DNA of 64,000 nucleotides. Origin: Octopus vulgaris (Eukaryota). The translations under genes were made by a program, and so were the position numbers. Position 1 is the stretch's first letter. The number at the start of each line of letters is the position of its first letter. The notes beneath the pieces were generated by a model. It saw nothing but the letters and a program-made list of their open reading frames with translations. It had not been told where the DNA came from and did no database searches. Shown here in pieces: positions 55,187-64,000 of this stretch. The DNA is taken from the NCBI GenBank assembly GCA_951406725.2, contig OX597817.1, positions 23,870,001 through 23,934,000 on the forward strand, written 5' to 3'.

Positions 55187-56090
55187 AGAAGAAGAAGAAG
55201 AAGAAGAAGAAGAAGAAGAAGAAGAAGAAGAAGGAGAAGGAGAAGATGTAAAGAAAAGATGTAAGTAAAGAAAATCTCTTTATTACAAAATACAAGCCAC
55301 TTCTTAACGGGTCTACGACAAACAATTAATATACCTCAACTTTAGAATAAAAGAAATATATACACACACAAATATTACACTCCATAGAATCCATTACTAA
55401 TCAGCCCCATCAAAGCTATACTTACACCCATTCATATTCTCCCTTCTCTGTTTTTTTCTTCTTCTTCTTCTTCCTCTTCTTCTTCATCATCATCATTTTC
55501 ATCATCATCGTCGTCATCAGCATCACCACCATCATCACCACCATCTTCTCCTTCTCCTTCTTCTTCTTCTTCTTCTTCTTCTTCTTCTTCTTCTTCTTCT
55601 TCTTCTTCATCATCATCATCATCAACATCGTCATCTTCTTCTTCTTCTACTTCTCTACCTTCCACCCCTTAACCTTGTCACTAATGTCTTTCAGTATAAC
55701 ACCTACGCAAATTCCATAAACAATTCCTGAATTGAACTGCGACTACTGTCAGCCACTGACCATTCAAAATACGACCATTAAGGCATTCCCAGATTTCCCC
55801 ACCCCTCTCCACATCAGCCTCATTATTCTTCACTTATCCCACCAAGAACTCAAAACGACCTCGAACACACAAGTGCAAACAAGGGAGTCAGAGAAAGGCA
55901 GAATGCTACTTATATCTGAACACTACTACAGAAATATTCTTTTAAAAAAACTTTTCTTCTAATTTTTTTAAATTTAATTATTTAATCGTTACAGTTGAAA
56001 AGGTCTCAAAATGACCGAAACCGGTACTGAAAGATCCACTATAAAATCATCTTAGCATTTTCTATTTTTGACTTGTTTTTTCATATATAT
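54655..56090. repeat. ~1.4-kb inverted duplication (arms ~54655-55248 and ~55542-56090), each arm with a hammerhead motif
   Basis: ~450 bp of unique sequence mirrored almost exactly, plus mirrored (GAA/GAT)n. HHRs at 54716-54753 (minus) and 55992-56029 (plus). Confidence 0.92.
55992..56029 (+). ncRNA. Minimal type I hammerhead, U3-A8 variant
   Basis: cag-UUGAAAA-ggtc tcaaaat gacc-GAAA-ccgg-UA-ctg. Confidence 0.7.
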
Positions 56091-56890
56091 ATATATATAT
56101 ATATATAAAGTTCGTATTCCATGTATTTGTATTTCGCATTTCATGTTGTTTACGTTGTGTAATGTCTTGTGCCCATATGTGCATGTATATATATATATAT
56201 ATATTTAAGTATGTACATATACGTATGTATTTATGCATATGCATATATATATAATAGAAATATTAAAATTACTAAGTCTCTATAAAAGAGATTACGACAG
56301 CATTTACTGGAAATTAATTGTTATCGCCATATTAATATGGCATTCTTATAGATATAAGAATAATCGCTGCCGCTGGTCAGCTCCATGAGGCCACCGCCTT
56401 AAGATAGCTATTGATACACGATCTGTATCCATTATAACCTTCGAACATATATATATTACTTCCAAGTAAATTTTATCTTAATAATTTGGATGTGACACCT
56501 ATTTTATCTCTTTCTTTTCTTCTTTTTCTCATCCCCTCCCCCCTTTCGTTTCCTCTCTCTCTTCCTTTCTCTTTTTATCTCCAATGTTCCTCCTTTCGTT
56601 TTTTGTCTCTTATCCTTTCTCTAATTCTTTTCCTTTCCCCTTGGCCGTTCTCTGCCTGACCTTCTCTCTCCCTCACACTTCCTCCTTTGCTCTCTCGTTG
56701 CTCGCACGTAACCATCGGCCATCTTTTCCGAACATGTGTTTCTTTCTTTCCTTCTAATTAGCCGCAGGGTTAAGACACATTCTTGTCTGTCTCCTGCCAG
56801 AGGTTGTTCTTCCGCGTTCGCCAACTCACCTCGTTTAGGCTTAGCAGACTTCCCGTTTATTTTCACTGTCCTGTTTTTGTTACCAACTTT

Positions 56891-57018
56891 GATCCTCCGC
56901 AAAATCCCAAATTTTATTTAATTTGTTTTGCGGGAGCAACTCTTTTGTCGAAGACGTACCTTGTCATGAATTGCTCGAAATACGAAGTAGAAAAATAGCC
57001 GACAACTGATGGAAGGTC
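56891..57018 (+). ncRNA. Permuted hammerhead-like motif, copy 3 (U16.1C, A9G)
   Basis: gagcaa...cgta-CC-ttgtc...ttgctc-GAAA-tacg...gacaa-CUGAUGG; hairpin ccgcaaaa/ttttgcgg. Confidence 0.6.
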
Positions 57019-57311
57019 GTTTTTTTTTATGTTGCTTGTCTTGTTTTCCATTTGTTTCTTTCTTTGTTCGCAAAAGAAGTTCGTATTCCATGTTTTCGTA
57101 TTTCGTATTTCATATTGTTTTCATATTTCATGTTGTTTACGTTCTTTGATGACCTGTGCCCTTATATGCATGTGTATATACATATATACCTAAGTATGTA
57201 CATATATGTATGTATATATGCATATATATATTATTTATATTATACATACATGTATATATAGATATATACACACACACATATATATATATACACATACACA
57301 CACACACACAA

Positions 57312-57367
<56 letters not shown>

Positions 57368-57405
57368 ATATACATATAAATATACATATATACATATATA
57401 TATAT

Positions 57406-57429
57406 AAGGGATGATCAATAGCTATATAG

Positions 57430-57463
<34 letters not shown>

Positions 57464-57925
57464 TGTTGCCATAGTAATAAAGCTAAAGCAGGCAGAGTAA
57501 AGCTGCTGAGCACAGATTCACCTTAAACGCTGCTGTGCATGCACACTGAGTTTTAACATTTTAGCTCACATCCACTGTTTACAGCTGTGCTTCGAAGTAA
57601 TGTGTATAGCGTATGATCGTCGCATTGACCATGACAGAGAAAGTTGAGCGGAGAATCAGCATCAAATCTTGCCAAAAGCTTGTTGATAGCTGTTCACAGG
57701 CCTACGTAAAGATTTCAAAAGGTTTTCATCGTTCTCGATACTATGAAGAAGATCTTATGCATCTGAAACCCAAGTGTCTTTTTGGTCAGCTGAAAGTAGT
57801 TTTGACACAACGTTGGCAGACGCGTATTACGCTCAAAACGTCAGTGCTGATAGACTTAACTAAACCCTAACTAACCTGCACATTCGCTAATAACTCATGG
57901 ATGGTGATTCGACGATTTCTCATCA
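57406..57925 (+). mobile_element. Mariner-like relic
   Basis: MTEKVERRISIKSCQKLVDSCSQAYVKI resembles mariner N-termini. An inverted piece RRITIHELLANVQVS lies at ~57870-57920. Confidence 0.7.
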
Positions 57926-58035
57926 CAGCTTCTTTCAGTTTCTGTGTATCAAATCCAATCACAAGGCTTTGGTCGGCCCGAGGATATAGTAGAAGATATG
58001 TGCCGAAGGTGCCATGCAGTGGAAATGAACCCGGA
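57925..58035 (-). mobile_element. SINE family A fragment
   Basis: gcttctttcagtttctg...aggctttggtcggcccgagg...gtgccatgcagtgg. Confidence 0.75.
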
Positions 58036-58038
58036 ATG

Positions 58039-58440
58039 ATGTTTAAGACAGAGGTGAGGTGTGTATTTGTTTTCAAATCCACAATGTTTGTCTAACTGTC
58101 AGCGGACATAAGAATGTGATTCTTAAGTCCGCTGACAGTTGGACAATGCGGATAGCATTATACTATGTTTAAAACAGATGTGAGGCTTGTATTTGATTTT
58201 AAATCCACAATGTCTCTCTGTCAGTTGACATAAAATTGTGAGGCGTGTGGATAGAGTTGTACGATGTTTAAAACAGAGTTAAGCTGTGTATTAGCTTTTA
58301 AATCCACAATGTTTGTCTATCTGCATGCACACATAAGAATGTGAGGCATGATGATAGCATTGTACGATGTTTGAAACAGAGGTTATGTGTGTATTTGTTT
58401 TTAAATCCATAACGTCCAACTGTCTGCAGACATAAGAATT
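58039..58440. repeat. Diverged minisatellite, 4 units of ~100-125 bp
   Basis: atgttt.a.acaga...tgtatt...tttaaatccacaatgt...cataagaat recurs at ~58039, 58165, 58263 and 58366. Confidence 0.8.
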
Positions 58441-59353
58441 ACAGTACGGGTGTCCGCAAGATAGAAAACGCTTTATTATTGATATCTCAGAGACACAGGA
58501 GAGAAAGCGCAAAAGTAAGAACAAAGAAAATATTCTCACCGACTAACAAACGAAGCTAGTAGTTGCATCAAGAGAGTTGTAGTTACAGCAAGCTTTTTGA
58601 GGTAACTGTATGAACAACGGGGTTAAAATTGTGCCATAATGAGTTCCATAAGTGGTGTTATTCAAGGATGCCATGCTATCAGAAGTTGCCCGTCCCAATT
58701 CGATATCTAGTCGACACAGCTGATGAAGATACCATATAGCAATGCGGGCTGCTTATGAAGAAATTCGTTTGAAATCGAGATGTATTCCATCAAGCATTTT
58801 TTCTCGAGTCAAGAGGGTAAAGCGCGTTGAAAGTTTACAATTTTATAGCTGCGATGTTTACAACATAAAGTCCAGTTAACTTGTCCTCATTAAAATTTAT
58901 CTTTTTTTAAGTTTTGATGAAACTTCATTTCACCTATTTTCTATTTCAATATGTGTTACATATATTCAGTACGACAATTCGGCAAGAGAAATAATTCGAT
59001 AATGTGCGTATGTATAAGCTTGGGTATACGTATATTAGCGAAAGAGAATATTCTAAATGTGGTCGTTGTGTTCGTATGGAACATATTTTACATGTATTTA
59101 AATTTTTGAATACGTGTGTGTGTGTGTGTGTGTAGATGGTGATATCTATTGATCTATCTGCCTGTCTGTCTGTTTGTCTGTCTATATGTCTCTCTATCAG
59201 TCTAGTCATCAGTTTATTTATCAATCAATCACTCACTCAATCAATCTATCTATCTATCTATCTACCTTTATATATATATATATATGTGTGTGTGTATGTG
59301 TGTGTGTGTATGTATGTATATATGTATATATCTGCCTATCTATCTATCTATGC

Positions 59354-59388
<35 letters not shown>

Positions 59389-59453
59389 ATTTTTTTCAGA
59401 ATGAGATAAAAACAAAACCAAGGGTGTGAAGATTTTAGAACATTTATAGATAG

Positions 59454-59497
59454 GTCTTACAGCTGTTTCCGGGATATTTTTTATATCCCTTCATCGG

Positions 59498-59508
<11 letters not shown>
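59454..59508 (-). ncRNA. Minimal hammerhead motif (C4 variant), stem I truncated by (CA)n
   Basis: CCGAUGA-a gggatat aaaaa atatccc g-GAAA-cagctg-UA-agac. Confidence 0.6.
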
Positions 59509-59580
<72 letters not shown>

Positions 59581-60505
59581 CATATATACTTAACGTACAT
59601 ATACGTGTATGCTTCTGTGTGTGTGTGTGTGTGCTTCTCAATGTATGTTAGCGCACGCGAACGCGGGTGTCTACACCATCAGCTTGTTTCTTTCTTTGGT
59701 TAGAAAAAAATAATCGATAAAATCGAATTTCTCGGGGAATCATCTATGATTGAGAAATCAACCATTACGTCTACAGTGTAATTGTACTGTTGCTGTAAAA
59801 ACACTGATTTCTTGAAAATTTTCAAAATTGTATTTTTTTTTTTTTCATTTATATTTATTTTTGCGTCATTTTTTTTTTTCCGCCTGCAGCTGTAGGAAAG
59901 TCCATCAGCTAAATGCTTACATAATCCTTTAAAGTACCTTCAGGGAATCATATCAGATTAAGAGATTGAAGATTTGATAAATTGAAGTGTTTCTATGTCA
60001 GATAAACTTCCGAACTTTAAAAGCCAACAAATGACAAACAAATTTTCCGGGTTGTTTCATTACAAGTTTCAGACACAGACACACATATATTCGCAAATAC
60101 TCTCGATATATCTGCGTACATGTGCATATACAAAGTCCCTTGACGTAAGGCGTACATACAAATTAACATATGTATAATTTATATTTATCTACTTATCTAT
60201 TTATCTATCTATCTACCTATCTATTTACCTATCCACCTATCTGTACATACATACATTCATACATACATACATACATACGTACACACATACATGCATGTAT
60301 CAGTGTAACACTGTATTGATCCGACTATGGGACATTGTTATACACCGCTGGTCACAATACACTTCCTCGCATTCGTGTTGCTTTCGCATGGTGCAATCCC
60401 ACTAGAACACACCAGGTAATTTTTAAGTACCGATCTACTTGGTAAAATTGTTAATTAATTGATTAATTAATTAACTAATTTAATAAATAAATTTTACCCT
60501 TCTAT

Positions 60506-60561
<56 letters not shown>

Positions 60562-60619
60562 ATAAAACGGTAAGATAACAAAAGAAAGAAAGAGACCTCA
60601 ATATTATGTAAATAGAGGA

Positions 60620-60695
60620 AATAATATGTTACATTACTCGATAGTCAAGATAAAACTCTGAGTTTCATCTTGACTATCGAGTAATGTAACATATT

Positions 60696-60698
<3 letters not shown>
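60620..60698. repeat. 79-bp near-perfect palindrome
   Basis: aataatatgttacattactcgatagtcaagataaaactc-t-gagtttcatcttgactatcgagtaatgtaacatattatt; one mismatch. Confidence 0.92.
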
Positions 60699-60740
<42 letters not shown>

Positions 60741-62419
60741 GCAGAAGGGGAGGGAGGCAGAAAAACATCTATTAACATAATTAATGACTTACCCTGATCA
60801 AGAAATCAACGTAGACAAACTCGGAATTTAAATTTAAACTAGAAGAAATTGAAGAGCGTATGGTGAAATTTATCAAAGATCACTCTATAACTTTTATTTA
60901 ACACATCTTGCATTCTGGATTTATTATATCTTAAGTTAAATTCCAGTTTTCTCTCACCTGTCTTTCTTAATCGGAGTCATTCATTAATGTAGTGGGTGAT
61001 TTCTCATCAGTATGTCTGTAATTATATTTGATTAAATTTTTTTGGCACACTGCACCAACTGTTTTAGCACCCGCTTTACTATCAATATTTCCTGAAACAA
61101 GCGTCTCTAAGTATTCACATCTTCCTCCAATAGTCATTTCTCTCGGGGAAAAAGTTCAATCACCTCAAGCCGTATCACAAAGCTCAATAACATATAATTC
61201 TGTAAACTTGACGAAATCCAGTATAACAGATAAAAAGCGAAATACCGTCCCTTTGAAGTTACAGCAGAACAATCAAGAGAACGTGTCAGTAATTTCATTG
61301 TTACTTGCAAGCAAACATCAATATCTCTAGCTTCTTTCTCTTTGAATATCGGTAGGTCAACACATCACCGAATACAGAAGCGGCTAAACTTTTATCAGTA
61401 TATTCCTCGTTTCAATCTAGAGTTGACAGAAGTCGGTTATCGTTGTCCAATACACTATAGTGAGACTGTGTTAACGTTACATACAGCTGAGGGTCAATTT
61501 GTTTCATTTATCGGAAGTTTGCAACATGATGAAGGCACACATTTCCCTTTAACGGTTGCATGAAATGACGACACAAGTACTGATATTGTGTAGCGAAAAA
61601 TCCAAATGTTGTAACTATCATCTGAAATACAATAAACATACTTTGGATTTGGAATGTTCAAGTGTGAGTCTATTGGGTGAGTCTATTTTGTCCATGGGAA
61701 TTCCTGAAAATATTTCAAAATGTTACTAACAATAATAAACTTCTGTTTTTTTTAACGTAATGCATAGTGGAGAGATCAAACAACTTCCTAATAAGGTTTG
61801 AAACAAAAACACGTTAACCCATACGGAAATGGCTTGGTAACAATTCAACATAGCTTTATCCTTGGAAGAAAAATCCAATGATATGCCACACAACTATTCA
61901 ATTAGTAAATGTGGCAATGTTGCTTTTAGAAGTGAACGATATAAGGTTAAACACACACTGAAATAAAGGAACTAGATAACGATAAAAAAAAAAGAGATAT
62001 ATCAAATTGAATGCACTTGAGAGCGCACAAAACATGAAAATGGACTCCTAATTCAGAAATATTCTAAAACTATATCTCAGTATTCAGGGTAGAAATAAAT
62101 ATTAACGACTAAATTGCATATTACACAGGTCTACATAATTTGGAGACAAAAAGATTTGTTTTGGATTGACAAATGTTTCTGAAGCACTTTTTTTTTAGCT
62201 AAATCCAGATATGCTATTCTTTTCACCAATCACTTCAGGATTTTTGTATACTCACTACCTTCTTTGTTTTCACAGAAACAAAAACGTAGTTTTCCCCCAC
62301 TCTAACTTTGGAGCAGCGTACCAAAGCGTGCAAGATGCTTTATTATCGCTCTTTTCTTGCACAAAATATAGTAAAATTATAAATATATCTGATTTTTGTG
62401 CATAGATAGTTTAATTGTT

Positions 62420-63340
62420 GTAAGGTTTCGACCAGATTTGCCTACGATAAAGGAAGAAATAAAAAAAAGGTCAAGGTTTGTTCTTTTCTATTGATACAGA
62501 ATCTTGAATTCAACAAAAGACTGCAAATTATCCGCATAAGATGACATCACTAAAAAAAATTAACTTTCTTGGCAACAGTTAAGCAGCCAAATACAAAGAA
62601 ACCTTTGAAAAACTTCCATGGTCTTTACGTTCGCTTGGATTCAAAATGACGTTCAAGAAACATTTCTATTCTATCACTAGCATCAATCTCCACAGAATTT
62701 GGGAGATATCAGTAATGGAAAGAGAGTAATATTCCACCAACATAGGAAGGTAGCTGAGGAGGGATATCAAGAGAGATGATATGTGAATATGATGCTTGAT
62801 TACTGTTCAAGTATAAAAAGGGATCGCCAAACGCTAAAACATTTATGGATGTCTAAGAAACAGAGATCTCTTCCTTCATAATGGTATTCGATGTCTTTTA
62901 AGGACATCAGATTATATGTATATAAGCTGCAGACCTTGTGGTGTTCAACATTTTACATCAATAGAATAAAGCAACCTTGGGCCTCCTTTCGTATTTACTC
63001 TATCGTAGGCAAAAACACATTCCCATTTTAGCCGAAATCTGACTACAATTAAACTATCAAATGCACAAAATCAGTCAAATTCATAAACTTTTGCAAATTC
63101 TTTATGCAAGGGAAGTGTTATAATAAAGCATTTTTCACACTCTGGTTTACTACTCCAAAGTCATACCAGGACAGAAAATTAAGGAAAACTACATTGTTTG
63201 TGAAAGATCAACTTAATACGTATAGAAAACTGATGTAGCCGGTGAAATTGGACAGCATATCTGGATTCAGTTGGAGAATTGCTTCAGAAACACTTATCTA
63301 TCCAATAGTAACATTTCTGACCCCAAATCCGCTGCAGTTA
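62420..63340 (+). mobile_element. Decayed DNA transposon 3' part, Chapaev3-like transposase
   Basis: NFLGNS*AAKYKE...LRSLGFKMTFKKHF and PQNLGDISNGKRVIFHQHRKVAEEGYQER*YVNMMLDYCSSIKRD resemble the FLGN...MSLKIHFL...NLG..SDEHGERFHQDI..ME.RYQG...DYCW motif. Superfamily assignment is from recall. Confidence 0.65.
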
Positions 63341-64000
63341 TGTTATTTATAAAGGTGTAAAGGAAAGAAAAGTGTTTGATCAATTGTTTCATTTTGTTCC
63401 TTCCCTCGATTTGTAACTTGGATGATTTTTCCTTTCATTACACAATGACATTGGTTTTTTTAATTATCTATGTCCTTGCTCTCCTGAGACGTTTATCCCG
63501 TGCTTTGTTATTAAAAATTAATTAGTGAAGATATACCATGAAAAATCTAGTTTGCGAAATCAATTAGTAAAAAAACATGAAATGAATAATATTTAAAATA
63601 CATCTGCCATTCCATTTGGCAGTCAAAATATGAAGGAAGCAAAATAATGAGAAAATTGAGTATATGTAAATATATAAATATCTGTGGCACATATCGAAAA
63701 TAACAAACGTTGGAAATTGTTAACTGTTTCCAAGAAAACGATAGGTAAAAAACGGAATCTTGAGTAGATAAAGATCAAAGCAAAAAAAATCCTTTCAATA
63801 AATGTATGGAATGAAAGGTAAAAAATAAAAATAATTAAAGTAAGGTAAATCCTTCTTAAATAAATGTCACAGAAAACAAGGTTAATAAAATATTATGACT
63901 TAAAAGTAAATGCAATTTAACAAGAATCCCTTCCTAAATTAAGAATATATTCTAAATCTGAGATAAAAGGTTCCGTCATAGATTACAAGATAAGACCTAA

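Noticed and set aside
58039-58440. Repeat-spacer-like array resembling CRISPR
   Set aside because: Units are long and diverged, the intervening parts are related to each other, the context is eukaryotic and no cas genes are present.

Overview
AT-rich, microsatellite-saturated eukaryotic non-coding DNA. The SINE families and (TA)n/(TG)n/(TAGA)n load resemble an octopus (coleoid cephalopod) genome; that assignment is an inference. I can support no intact host gene, and most listed ORFs are microsatellite artefacts. The window holds about 20 tRNA-derived SINE copies (at least 4 families) and decayed non-LTR retrotransposons (Penelope-like GIY-YIG, CR1-type, L1/Tx1-type, R4/Dong-type, RTE-type). 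It also holds DNA transposon relics (Tc1, mariner, Chapaev3-like, a non-autonomous Helitron, two MITE-like foldbacks). The main hidden signal is a dense set of hammerhead-ribozyme (HHR) motifs in short repeats beside (TA)n tracts. (1) Three covarying copies of an apparently non-circularly permuted, pseudoknotted hammerhead, one with a fully intact core (47737-47880, minus). (2) A 329-bp tandem repeat carrying a Schistosoma-like type I hammerhead (retrozyme-like). (3) Many minimal hammerheads with palindromic stem III, including U3-A8 and C4 core variants, several in foldback inverted repeats. All structures were parsed by eye and none has been tested.
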